Below, in pieces: positions 6,595 to 15,425 of a stretch of 64,000 nucleotides of DNA (its first letter is position 1; each line of letters begins with the position of its first letter). Location of the stretch: the IMG/VR virus record IMGVR_UViG_3300047160_031539, positions 1 to 64,000 of that record, one strand, 5' to 3'. The position numbers and the translations under genes are program-made. The notes under the pieces are model-generated. The model did not search any database and was not told the origin of the DNA. It was given only the letters and a program-made list of their open reading frames with translations. This stretch comes from a virus (taxonomy: Duplodnaviria; Caudoviricetes).

Positions 6595-8394
6595 CTACAC
6601 CAGGCCACCCCAGTACACGTTGGAGGCTCCCGCCGTGTCCCGCGACTCGAAACGCAGCCAGACCACCCCGTTGCCCGTCGCCTGGATGCTCACGGGAATC
6701 AGGTTCCAGGACTGCCCCGGCCCCGAGTCCACCAGCGTCTGGGCCGCCACGCCGATCTCGGCCGCCGCCTCCACCACCACCTGCGGGTTGTTGCCGCCCC
6801 CGTAACTGCCGTCCCGGTAGACCGGCACGCTGAACGTGTTGGCCCCCGCCTGCACCGGGTACTGACGCCGCAAGGCGTCCCCCGGCCCCGTGACCTGCAC
6901 GCTGTTGGAACGACCCGCGTAGGTCGTTCCCACGTTCTGCACCCCCGCGTCGTGCCGCTCGTAGGCCCCACAGGCCCCGTTGGCACTGGACCACGTCCGG
7001 CCACCCCCCGACGGCTTGGGCAGGTTCAAGAGATCGGTCAAGGGCGGACTCGCCAGGGCCCCGAAGGCCAGGTGCGGTGAGTCGAACGTGGGCGACAGGA
7101 AGGGCCGCAGCCTCCGGTTGGCCTGCCACGCCTGGCCCAGCTCCATGAGCGCAGCGTAGGAGTTGTTGGAGACCGAACCCGTGCCCACCAGCACGTTCGT
7201 CCGGGCCGTCGTCGCTATAATCCGGTTATAAGACTCCGTGACTTGCGAGGTGCTCTGGGCCGCGATGCCCGTCCCGGACCCCGCCAGGACCAGGCAGTTG
7301 TTGACCGTGCAGGGGAACGTGATCGACAGGTTGACGTTGTTGGTCTGGAAGCCGCCCCCGCCCAGCAGGGTGCAGTTGACCAGCGAGACGCCACCGCCCT
7401 TGAAACTGTTCGCCCCGCTCGCCGTCACCGTGAAACAGTTGCTAGTGCCGGCCTGCACCAGAAGGCAATCGGTTAAGGTGATCCCGGCGGAATAGTCCGC
7501 GACCGTGCTGGTCGGCAGGGTGGCCAGAAACAAGGCCGAACCAGCCAGGCTGACGAACACGCAGCGGTTGAAGTTCCAGTTGCTGTTGGTGTCCACCGCC
7601 GGGTTGAGCGACATGAGGTTCGCCGCCCCCGAGTTGCACGCCTCAAACACGCAATCGTTGAAGGTGATCGCCGTCCCGTTCGTCAGCGACAACACGGCCG
7701 AAACGCTGCCGCTAACGAGGTAGAGGTCGGAAAAAGTCAGGTTCGACTTGGTCGTGGTCGAAAAGACGATGGCGGCGGCCGGCGCCGTCGTGTCGTTGGT
7801 CGTGTAATTCGTCACCCGACTCTCGCCGGGACTGACCGGCACGCCAGGCGCCCCGTCCGTGAACTGCTGCGTGTTCCCGGGGTCGCCCTGGAACGTGACG
7901 ACGGAGCCCGGACTGGACATCCCGAAGCCCAGCGTCTCGCGGTAGACCCCGGGGGCAATGAAAACGTCGTTGCCGCCGACCACCGGACTCGAGCTGCTGG
8001 TCGTCATCCCGATCGACTTGACCGAGCCACCCAGACGCCCCGTACCCACCGAGCCCGCCCCCGCCGTCGCCGGGGCCCGGTCCAGCGTGCAGGAGGTCAG
8101 GGAGGCCACCGCCGTCACGAAGTAAAAACCGGCCACGAAGTTGGTGCCCGCGGTAATGTGAATCGCGTTACCAATCATGGCGGCCGTGAAACCGCCCGTG
8201 GCACTCGTCAAGGTGGTCGAGTTCTGGGCCGCCGCCAGGTCCGTCAGCGTCAGGATCGGCGTGGCACGCAGGGCATAATTCGTCCCCGCCCCGGCAATGC
8301 CCGGGTCAAACCCCATGCCGTTGTTGTCGTTGCCGGTGGAGGCGGCCGAGGGGTTGTTCTGAACGTACCAGTTGGCGGTCGCGCCGATGGCCAC
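6595..8394 (-). CDS. Tail fibre/spike-like protein with parallel beta-helix repeats
   Basis: 599 aa, T/G/N/S-rich; IAPGVYRE and repeated 'ITFNDCVF/FNRCVF/LTDCLL/LVNCTL' pectin-lyase-like rungs. Confidence 0.7.
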   Translation of the reverse strand: MAIGATANWYVQNNPSAASTGNDNNGMGFDPGIAGAGTNYALRATPILTLTDLAAAQNSTTLTSATGGFTAAMIGNAIHITAGTNFVAGFYFVTAVASLTSCTLDRAPATAGAGSVGTGRLGGSVKSIGMTTSSSSPVVGGNDVFIAPGVYRETLGFGMSSPGSVVTFQGDPGNTQQFTDGAPGVPVSPGESRVTNYTTNDTTAPAAAIVFSTTTKSNLTFSDLYLVSGSVSAVLSLTNGTAITFNDCVFEACNSGAANLMSLNPAVDTNSNWNFNRCVFVSLAGSALFLATLPTSTVADYSAGITLTDCLLVQAGTSNCFTVTASGANSFKGGGVSLVNCTLLGGGGFQTNNVNLSITFPCTVNNCLVLAGSGTGIAAQSTSQVTESYNRIIATTARTNVLVGTGSVSNNSYAALMELGQAWQANRRLRPFLSPTFDSPHLAFGALASPPLTDLLNLPKPSGGGRTWSSANGACGAYERHDAGVQNVGTTYAGRSNSVQVTGPGDALRRQYPVQAGANTFSVPVYRDGSYGGGNNPQVVVEAAAEIGVAAQTLVDSGPGQSWNLIPVSIQATGNGVVWLRFESRDTAGASNVYWGGLV

Positions 8395-8404
8395 TGCTCA
8401 ACCC

Positions 8405-8659
8405 CTAACTGGGGGGCGGTGCCACCCCGGCGTCGATCATCAGGAACCGCACGGCGTTCTCGTGAACGAACGCCGACATCATGGCATTCGTCCAGCCCGG
8501 CACGAAGAAGTAGACGTTGAGCGCGTTGGGGCCCGTGTCGTCCTTGATGACCGTGGACTGGTTCTGGCTGTCCACGACCTTCCCGGCCACCTGGACGTGT
8601 GCCACGGTGAAGGTCGTCAGCCCCACCAGGCTGACCGTGTGCGACAGAACGTCGGCCAC
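8405..8659 (-). CDS. Hypothetical protein (84 aa)
   Basis: Coupled to neighbours; coding-like codon use. Confidence 0.65.
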   Translation of the reverse strand: MADVLSHTVSLVGLTTFTVAHVQVAGKVVDSQNQSTVIKDDTGPNALNVYFFVPGWTNAMMSAFVHENAVRFLMIDAGVAPPPS

Positions 8660-8862
8660 TAGACCTCCTTGACCGTCACCCGGTTGCCCGCACGCTCCAG
8701 GGTTTCCTTCAGCTGGCGGACGTTGGACTCGACCTGGTCCCTGCCCACGGCCAGGCCCGTCTTCACGTCCCGGCCCGTCACCGGGTCGTGACAGAGGATC
8801 TCGTGCCGCCCCTGCCCGTCGGCCTTGCCCACCACGATCCGGGCCTCACGCTGCTCTGCCAT
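8659..8862 (-). CDS. Hypothetical protein (67 aa)
   Basis: SD GGAGG right after palindrome copy 3. Confidence 0.7.
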   Translation of the reverse strand: MAEQREARIVVGKADGQGRHEILCHDPVTGRDVKTGLAVGRDQVESNVRQLKETLERAGNRVTVKEV

Positions 8863-8879
8863 CGCCGGCCTCCCCTCTT

Positions 8880-8903
8880 CAGGTGGCGCAATTGCGCCAC
8901 CTG
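8880..8903. repeat. 24-bp palindrome copy 3 (exact; extends to 32 bp, 8876-8907)
   Basis: Seen in sequence; intergenic. Confidence 0.97.
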
Positions 8904-8913
8904 AAGATAGCAG

Positions 8914-9369
8914 CTACCGGGTCCGGGCCGCCACCACCCGCAGGTTCCCCTGGGCCACACTGCCCAGGTAGGTCATTCCGACCGGGTCCAGGTTGACGCC
9001 CAGGACCACGCCAACGTCCCCCTTGCCGATCCAGTCGAGCATGGCCTCGTCCCGGAGCTTCTGCAGGTGCAGGCCCAGGCCGCCCGCCTTGGTCAGGTGG
9101 GCGTTGAAGGAGTCCGAAAACTCGAACACGTCGCAGCTGACCTCGGGGAAGAGCGGGGTCGTGTCCTGGCAGGAGACGAACCGCAACCCGCAAAGGCACT
9201 GGACACGGTAGAGGCCGGGTCTCTTCTTGGCCACCTGCCGGAAGCGAAAAACGACAACGGCCTTGCCGACAGGCACCGTCACGTCCCGGTGGGCATCCCG
9301 CAGGTGGTTGATCTCCTGGCAGACGTTCGGCGACCGGTAGCCGCAGAAGGGACAGACCAGCTCAGACAT
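8914..9369 (-). CDS. C2H2-type zinc-finger protein
   Basis: CPFCG...HLRDAH and CLCG...HL; paralog of 9362-9736. Confidence 0.65.
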   Translation of the reverse strand: MSELVCPFCGYRSPNVCQEINHLRDAHRDVTVPVGKAVVVFRFRQVAKKRPGLYRVQCLCGLRFVSCQDTTPLFPEVSCDVFEFSDSFNAHLTKAGGLGLHLQKLRDEAMLDWIGKGDVGVVLGVNLDPVGMTYLGSVAQGNLRVVAARTR

Positions 9370-9736
9370 GAGGGTTCTCTCCTGCGACCTGCGAAAGGAG
9401 GGCGTCGTCGCAAACCTTCCGGAAGTGGACGATGAGGCCGCCCTCCCGCCAAAGGTGCCTGACCAGCGTGTCGTGCCAGTCGGGCCGCAGCCGGATGTGG
9501 GCAGCGGCCAGGTAGAAAGTATCCCCGCAGAAACAGCAGACGTTGTGAAAGCCCGTAGGGTTCGGCCGCCCCAGGGTAAAGGAGACCACCTTGCGGCCCA
9601 CCGGACAGCCAAACGTCTCGCCCGGGTGGTGTTCCGAAAGGTGAACGACCAGGCCGCCCACCGTGTCGCAGGGGCAACCGCAAAAGACACAGTCCCACAC
9701 GCCCTGGCTGACGCCGTGGCTGACGCCGTGGCTCAC
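9362..9736 (-). CDS. C2H2-type zinc-finger protein (paralog)
   Basis: CVFCG...HLSEHH and CFCG...HL..GGL..H; GTGA overlap with the primase stop. Confidence 0.65.
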   Translation of the reverse strand: MSHGVSHGVSQGVWDCVFCGCPCDTVGGLVVHLSEHHPGETFGCPVGRKVVSFTLGRPNPTGFHNVCCFCGDTFYLAAAHIRLRPDWHDTLVRHLWREGGLIVHFRKVCDDALLSQVAGENPHV

Positions 9737-10677
9737 GGGAGCCCCCCGAGGAGCCAGCCCCGGGGCTTGCCGAAGGGCACCCGGTCGGCCTCCTGGCACT
9801 TGTGCCAGAGTTCCTTCTCCGACCAAGGGGGCTGGCACCGAGGATTGTAGTAAACGGCCAGCACGCTGAAGGCGTCCTCGGCCCCCAGGTCGAAACCGTA
9901 GGCCACCGCCCGGGCCACGTACATCGTGACCGAGTGGCCCCCCTGACCGCTGACCGCCGGCCGGCAGGCGTTCACGTAAGCAATCGCCCGCTTGAGCCGG
10001 GCGGCCGGGGTATCCGGCAGGTCCGGTGGCCGCCGCGGCACGGCCACCGTCACCTCCGGCGGCCGCAGCCACGACAGGAGCCAGCCAGGAGCCTCCGGGA
10101 GGGGGTGGTCCCACGGGGCCCTCTCCCAGGCGTAGGGGCCCTTGCCGTTGACGCTGGGAGGCGCCACCACGTAGCCGCCCCGCCCACGAACGTCGATCGG
10201 CAGACGACGGTGGTTCTTGCGGTTAGTGACCTCCAGAACTAGGGGCCAGCGGAAATACCAGTGCTCGCCCCCTGAGCCCGTCCGGGCCAGTGGGCCCTCG
10301 GGCAAGAGCCCCCACCGCACCTGCAGACCCATGAGGGCGTGCACCCCCTCCCCACCGTCGGGCCCCAGGACCCACAGGCCCGAGGCCGGCCCCGTGGCAA
10401 CGCCCACGTTCGCCCCCGGCCAGCGCCGCCACCAGTGACGCACCACGAACGGGTCGCTCGTGGCATCCAGGACCCCGTGCTCCGTCCGGGGATGCTTGCC
10501 GGCCGAACGGCCACAGGCCTTGCCGCACGAACAGCGGCCCTCAGCGACCGAGTGCAAGGGCAGAATCTGCCAGCCCAGGCCGGCCAGGGCCAACGCCGCC
10601 TCACCCCTCAGGTGGCGCAATTGCGCCACCTGAGAGGCTTCCGCAGGTTCCTGAATCTCAGACGGCATGGGGCACAC
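9733..10677 (-). CDS. Bifunctional DNA primase/polymerase (Prim-Pol) with PriCT-like C-terminus
   Basis: GKHP, WPGANVGVATG, TGSGGEHWYF, IDVRGRGGYVVAPPS and C-terminal PPWSEKEL..K motifs. Confidence 0.9.
   Translation of the reverse strand: MCPMPSEIQEPAEASQVAQLRHLRGEAALALAGLGWQILPLHSVAEGRCSCGKACGRSAGKHPRTEHGVLDATSDPFVVRHWWRRWPGANVGVATGPASGLWVLGPDGGEGVHALMGLQVRWGLLPEGPLARTGSGGEHWYFRWPLVLEVTNRKNHRRLPIDVRGRGGYVVAPPSVNGKGPYAWERAPWDHPLPEAPGWLLSWLRPPEVTVAVPRRPPDLPDTPAARLKRAIAYVNACRPAVSGQGGHSVTMYVARAVAYGFDLGAEDAFSVLAVYYNPRCQPPWSEKELWHKCQEADRVPFGKPRGWLLGGLP
10609..10632. repeat. 24-bp palindrome copy 4 (exact; in 5' part of the Prim-Pol ORF)
   Basis: Encodes QVAQLRHL in frame. Confidence 0.97.
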
Positions 10678-12274
10678 TCAGGTATTGGGGGTAAAGCTGC
10701 CGGACGAGCTTCTTCCAGTCCTTGCCAGACGGGACGTGCCGCAAGAGGTCGGAGGGCCACTCGCCCGTCTTCTCGCGGAAGCGGTGGGCCGCCCACCCCG
10801 CCGCACGGCCCAGGGCGGCCGCCTGCCCCAGGCAGGAGTCCCACAACTTTTGTTGTAACTCCAGGGCCACCGAGCCCCGGAAGGGCCCACCGTCACGCTC
10901 CTGATGCACCAGGAGCCCCGGTTTGATTCTAACGGGCGGCCGCAGGCGGTGGGGCAGGACGTGCCCACAGGTCGGGCACTCGATCGAGCCCTGGAACATA
11001 CGCCCGCACTTGGGACAGACGACCGGCCGCCGGGCCTTCTTGGCCTGGGCGTGCCGCCTGTCCACCGTGTCGGCCGCGTCCAGGGTCCACTCCACGTCGT
11101 CGTCGGGCCAGCCGTGGTCCCAGACCGCCCCGGCGTGGTCGAGCAGGTAGGCCACCCCCTTGCCGCCGAAGGGACGCATGATCCGCCCGCACGCCTGGGC
11201 GAACAGGACCCGGCTGCCACACCTCCGCAAGAGGATGCAGGCCGCCAGGCACGGCACGTCCACGCCCTCGACCATCAGGCCGACCTGGCAGATCACCAGG
11301 GTCAGGCCCCGCTCGACGTTCCGGACGATCTCGTCCCGGGCAAAGTCGGTGGTGTTGGCGTCCATGTACTCGGCCGAGATCCCCGCGGCCAGGAACTCCC
11401 GGCAGGCGTCCCGTGCCTGGGCCCTCTTGCCGGCGAACAGGACCGTCGGCAGGCCGGCGGCGTGCTGCTTCCAGGTCGAGACCGGGTCGGCCGTCAACCC
11501 CCGCGGCCGCCGGCCGTAACGGGACTGCTTCTGCCCTTCGGGGGCGTAGCACTCCACCGCCACCAGGTGGCCGTCGGCAATCAGCCGCCCCATCGAACAG
11601 GTACACTCGATGGCGTGCCAGAAGTCGCCCAGCCCCGCCCCGTCCGGCCGGGCCGGAGTGGCCGTCAGCCCGACCACCGCCGCCTGGGGGTAGTGGGCCA
11701 GGATCTGCTGGTAGACGTCCAGGCTCCCGTCCTCGCCCTGGATCGGGTCGAGGTTGTGACACTCATCAGGGATCACCAGGTCGGCCGGCGGGAAACCCAC
11801 CCAGTCGTTGTTAAGGCTGCGTGAGAGCAGGGTGTCCCGGCTGGCCACCTGCACCGGCGCCGCGGGGTCACCCCGGACGCCGGCCATCAGGACCCCCGAG
11901 GGAATCCCCCAGTCGTCGAACGTGGCCGCCGCCTGGTCGATCAACCGGCGGCGGTGGGCCAGGAAGAGCACCCGCTTGCCCTTGGCCACCGAGCGGCGGA
12001 CGATCTCGGCGGCACAGCAGGTCTTGCCCGCCCCCGTGGGGGCCTGCAGGATGACCCGCCTGGCCCCCTGCACCAGCCGGGAACGTACCCGCTCGACCAC
12101 GTCCACCTGGTAATCCCGCAAGACCGGCAAGCCCCGGGGAACCGCAGGAATCGCGGGGGTCTCGGGAATCGCGGGGGTCTCGGGAATCGCGACAGTCTCG
12201 GGCGCCGCTACAGGGATTTCCATCCCGTCCGGCGAGCAGATGAAGGAAAAGAGTTCGCCCTGTTTCATCATCAC
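10658..12274 (-). CDS. Superfamily II DNA helicase with C-terminal Zn ribbon
   Basis: LRDYQ, APTGAGKT, DECH, LTATP, EGVDVP, QACGRIMR; CPKC...CPTC. Confidence 0.92.
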   Translation of the reverse strand: MMMKQGELFSFICSPDGMEIPVAAPETVAIPETPAIPETPAIPAVPRGLPVLRDYQVDVVERVRSRLVQGARRVILQAPTGAGKTCCAAEIVRRSVAKGKRVLFLAHRRRLIDQAAATFDDWGIPSGVLMAGVRGDPAAPVQVASRDTLLSRSLNNDWVGFPPADLVIPDECHNLDPIQGEDGSLDVYQQILAHYPQAAVVGLTATPARPDGAGLGDFWHAIECTCSMGRLIADGHLVAVECYAPEGQKQSRYGRRPRGLTADPVSTWKQHAAGLPTVLFAGKRAQARDACREFLAAGISAEYMDANTTDFARDEIVRNVERGLTLVICQVGLMVEGVDVPCLAACILLRRCGSRVLFAQACGRIMRPFGGKGVAYLLDHAGAVWDHGWPDDDVEWTLDAADTVDRRHAQAKKARRPVVCPKCGRMFQGSIECPTCGHVLPHRLRPPVRIKPGLLVHQERDGGPFRGSVALELQQKLWDSCLGQAAALGRAAGWAAHRFREKTGEWPSDLLRHVPSGKDWKKLVRQLYPQYLSVPHAV

Positions 12275-13191
12275 AGCTTGCCCTCCGCCTTCAGCTCCTC
12301 GTGGCGGTTAAGCGGCATGTGCCCCTGGCCCAGGCAGTTGTCACAGCCCTGGCCGTGACACCACTCGCAGACCAGGTCCGCCTGGCCGTGCTTCAAAACC
12401 TCCAACAGCACCTCGGCCTCCTGCTGCATCCGGTCCAGGTGGTTCTCCAGATCGACGTGCCTCATGAAGAGGAAGGACTTGAGCCGCTTGCGGATGTCGT
12501 TGAGGTAACGCCTCTTGCCCATCTCCGCGATCAGGCCCTCGCACCAGGCGACGGCCTCCGGAATCGCCCGGTCGCTGAAAACGTCGATCAGCCCGGCCGG
12601 CACGACGGTGCCGTGGGCGTCCTTGAGTACCGCCGGGTTGCCATTGTCCTCGGCCTTCTCCGGCTTGCCGTTGGCGGCGGCCGGCTTGCGGCTCCTCGCG
12701 CCCTTCTTTTGCGTCTTGCCGTCCCGGCCGACCCTCTCCTCCTGGGGAGACAGGTTCCCCGTCTCCTCGAGCTTCTGGCGGACCCGGCCGACCGCCCGCC
12801 GGCTGGCCCCCGTCTTCTTGGCCACCTTGCGGTCGGACTCCTGCGGGAAGAGGCTCAAGTAGGTCGCCACCGTCTCCTTGATCTGGTCCCGGTCGAGGTG
12901 CCGGCGGCCGAAATTCAACTCGAAGCACAGCCGGCGGGCGTCGTCCTCGTCCTTGCAGGTGATGTGCTCGAAGGTAACGTTGCGATCGGACAGGCCAAGC
13001 TCCGCCGCGATCTCAAGCCTGTTCATCCCGTCAATGATGTTGTTGTGCTGATCGACCAGGATGGGGTAATAGACCTTCCCGGCCCTCTGGATGGCCTCCA
13101 GGAGCCTCTGGCGGTCCTCCAGGTTGGGGCCCGGGATGTCGTCGTACCAGGGCAGGTTGTAGGTTCTTCGCGCGAAGGTAACGTGTCGCAA
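12271..13191 (-). CDS. ParB/Srx N-terminal domain protein with HTH
   Basis: YPILVD..NNIIDGMNRL, NFGRRHL, SDRKVAKKTGAS HTH; perfect SD TAAGGAGG before TTG 13191. Confidence 0.8.
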   Translation of the reverse strand: MRHVTFARRTYNLPWYDDIPGPNLEDRQRLLEAIQRAGKVYYPILVDQHNNIIDGMNRLEIAAELGLSDRNVTFEHITCKDEDDARRLCFELNFGRRHLDRDQIKETVATYLSLFPQESDRKVAKKTGASRRAVGRVRQKLEETGNLSPQEERVGRDGKTQKKGARSRKPAAANGKPEKAEDNGNPAVLKDAHGTVVPAGLIDVFSDRAIPEAVAWCEGLIAEMGKRRYLNDIRKRLKSFLFMRHVDLENHLDRMQQEAEVLLEVLKHGQADLVCEWCHGQGCDNCLGQGHMPLNRHEELKAEGKL

Positions 13192-13306
13192 GGCAAACCT
13201 CCTTAAATGCCGGCCCGCCGCCGCCCCCTGGCGGTGAGCCGGGGCAACGGGTCTGTGCGTCCGTTCCCCCGACACAGGGGACGGCGGGCGGGTCCGGCAA
13301 GACAGT

Positions 13307-13381
13307 AGGGCGAACGTCAGTGGGGCGAACGTCAGTGGGGCGAACGTCAGTGGGGCGAACGTCAGTGGGGCGAACGTCAGT
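13307..13381. repeat. Five tandem 15-bp repeats GGGGCGAACGTCAGT
   Basis: Four exact copies plus one with 1 mismatch; the array begins at the stop codon of the Rad52-like gene. Confidence 0.95.
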
Positions 13382-14201
13382 TCTGGCTCGGCACGGGCTC
13401 GGGGAACGACTCCAGGTGCGTCATGACCCTCTTATATCCCGCCAGGCTCAGGGAGGCGGGGGTGGCGTCCTCAGCCAGGGCCAGGTGCGAGCGGACGACC
13501 TCCCACTTCCAGCCGAGGAGCTTCAGGCGGTCGTTGACGCGGGCGGTCTTGTTCTGGGCGATAAACTCCTTGGGGGAGATGTTCCTCTTGGAGGCCAAGA
13601 GGAGCGAGCCGGGGGCGAAAATCCCCTCGGCCGACCAGGCGGCGTCCAACTCCTCCAGGGTGGGCTTGCGTACCCCCGAGCCCTGCCTGGGGGCCTCCTG
13701 CCTGGGGGCCTCCTGCCTGGGGGCCTCCTGCCTGGGGGCCCCCTGTTTAGGCCTGGGCAGGGCGGAAGCCGGCAGGGTCGGCAGGCGGGTGAACTGCCGC
13801 TTCTGCGGGTCGTAATCGCACCACGCCTGCGGCAGCCGGTACAGGTAGCGGCCGATGCCGAACTTGACCGCTGTACGCTTCAGGGCGTCACTAAAGGCGG
13901 CCTTGCGGCGGTCCCCCTCGTCGGGCTGCTCAGACGGGCCGCCCACGTCCGTCTTGGTAATCCACTCCTCCCCCAGCCGCAGCCGCAAGCGGCAGATCAC
14001 CGAGCCGTCCGACAGGCACTGGTACTCGTCCTGCCAGCCGGTCACGCCCATCACGTCGTCCAGCCGGTCCTGGATCACCCGGGCGTCCACGTAGGGCAAA
14101 GCCAGGGCACGGTTGCCCGAGACGACAGCCGGCTTGAACTTCACCTCCTTGGGGTTGAACGGCTCCGCCAGCATCTCCTGCAGTTCCTCAACGGTCGGCA
14201 C
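13377..14201 (-). CDS. Rad52/Rad22-family (Sak-like) ssDNA-annealing protein
   Basis: YVDARVIQDRLDDVMG..GW, K.DVG, KAAFSDALKRTAVKFGIGRYLY; QEAPR x3 linker. Confidence 0.9.
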   Translation of the reverse strand: MPTVEELQEMLAEPFNPKEVKFKPAVVSGNRALALPYVDARVIQDRLDDVMGVTGWQDEYQCLSDGSVICRLRLRLGEEWITKTDVGGPSEQPDEGDRRKAAFSDALKRTAVKFGIGRYLYRLPQAWCDYDPQKRQFTRLPTLPASALPRPKQGAPRQEAPRQEAPRQEAPRQGSGVRKPTLEELDAAWSAEGIFAPGSLLLASKRNISPKEFIAQNKTARVNDRLKLLGWKWEVVRSHLALAEDATPASLSLAGYKRVMTHLESFPEPVPSQN

Positions 14202-14204
14202 GGC

Positions 14205-14417
14205 TCACCCCCTCGCCTTCAGGGCCGCGAACTCTTCCGCAATCAGGTCGTGGTCGGGGTTCTCGCCCAGGACCCACGACAGGAGACTGATGGAAGCGAC
14301 AAGCACCTCATGGGCCACACTCGGGCAACCGACCACCAGCCCGCCACAGGCAGGGCAAAGACACGAAGAGGCCAGCATCGCGTCACGGTGGGCACGAATC
14401 TCGCGTTCGTCTTTCAA
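14205..14417 (-). CDS. Hypothetical protein (70 aa)
   Basis: 4-nt overlap with the upstream gene. Confidence 0.6.
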   Translation of the reverse strand: MKDEREIRAHRDAMLASSCLCPACGGLVVGCPSVAHEVLVASISLLSWVLGENPDHDLIAEEFAALKARG

Positions 14418-14773
14418 GGCAAACTCCTCCAGTCGTTAACCCGGGCGATCAGGTCGTCCAGCGAGCGGACGACACAGGACAGGCCGCCCAGGCGGTTTAC
14501 AAGCTCCAGGAACGTGTACTGGGCCTCGGTCGGGTTGTTGCCGGGCCGCTTGATCTCAATCGCCACCAGGCGGCCCCGGGGGGCCATGACCCCCAGGATG
14601 TCCGAGGAACCCACCAGGCCGGCCCGGACGAACCGGGTCTTGCCCCCGAGGGCGTTCGGGATGCGGAAGGCGCCCGTGTTGTTACGCCAGGTGAAGAAGT
14701 CCGGCTGCAGGGCCAGGTAATCCAGGCACTGCCTGAGGATCTCCGCCTCCAGGGGGTGCGGCAACTTGGCCAC
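14414..14773 (-). CDS. VRR-NUC domain nuclease
   Basis: RNNTG, GLVGSSDIL, AIEIKRPG..PTEAQ..FL. Confidence 0.88.
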   Translation of the reverse strand: MAKLPHPLEAEILRQCLDYLALQPDFFTWRNNTGAFRIPNALGGKTRFVRAGLVGSSDILGVMAPRGRLVAIEIKRPGNNPTEAQYTFLELVNRLGGLSCVVRSLDDLIARVNDWRSLP

Positions 14774-15201
14774 TAGACCATCTCCTTGGGCGGCCGGGGG
14801 ATCACGCCGGGCGAAGTCGTGGGCCGGGAGTACTCCTCGCCCTTGAGTTCCCACTGGGCGGCCACGAAGGCGATCTCAAGGTCGGTCTGGGGCCGCCACA
14901 GGTGCAGCGTGTGGTCGTGGACGTTGACGTGCTCTGCCCGGGGGACCGACAGTTGCATGACGCACTCGTCGTCCCGGAAGAAAAGGGACCGGACGTATTC
15001 CATCTCCTCCCACGTCGGGGTCCTGTAAGGCAGGGAGACGCTGACGTGGTCCCAGCCGCCGCCGTCGGAGGCCTGGACGGTCAGCCAGACCTCCCTGAGC
15101 GGCACGCGGAACATGCCGTTGTTGCCGTAGCTGTCGTCACTGGCCCGGGTGCCGTTGCGCAACCGGTAACGGTTGGCCTTCAGGTTGGGAACGTTCCTCA
15201 C
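14773..15201 (-). CDS. Conserved phage protein (WDHVSVS...PTWEEM...HLW family)
   Basis: Motif pattern seen in many phage hypotheticals; coupled ORFs. Confidence 0.7.
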   Translation of the reverse strand: MRNVPNLKANRYRLRNGTRASDDSYGNNGMFRVPLREVWLTVQASDGGGWDHVSVSLPYRTPTWEEMEYVRSLFFRDDECVMQLSVPRAEHVNVHDHTLHLWRPQTDLEIAFVAAQWELKGEEYSRPTTSPGVIPRPPKEMV

Positions 15202-15425
15202 AAGTGATCTCCGAAATAGTCCTTGGTGCCGGTCCCCGGCCTGCGACCAATCGCGCGAACACGGACGCCGTCGGGGACGTGGAACCGGCGAGAAGTAATG
15301 TCCTCATAAGACGGCACGATGCCCTGGCACAACTCCAGGGCACACTCCACGCAAAGGCACTTGCGGCATGACTCGACCCAGCTGGCCGGCTCGTCCCCGC
15401 AGCAGTCACAGGTGACGCTTCTCAC
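15198..15425 (-). CDS. Small Cys-rich protein
   Basis: CDCC...CRKCLCVEC; GTGA overlap. Confidence 0.55.
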   Translation of the reverse strand: MRSVTCDCCGDEPASWVESCRKCLCVECALELCQGIVPSYEDITSRRFHVPDGVRVRAIGRRPGTGTKDYFGDHL

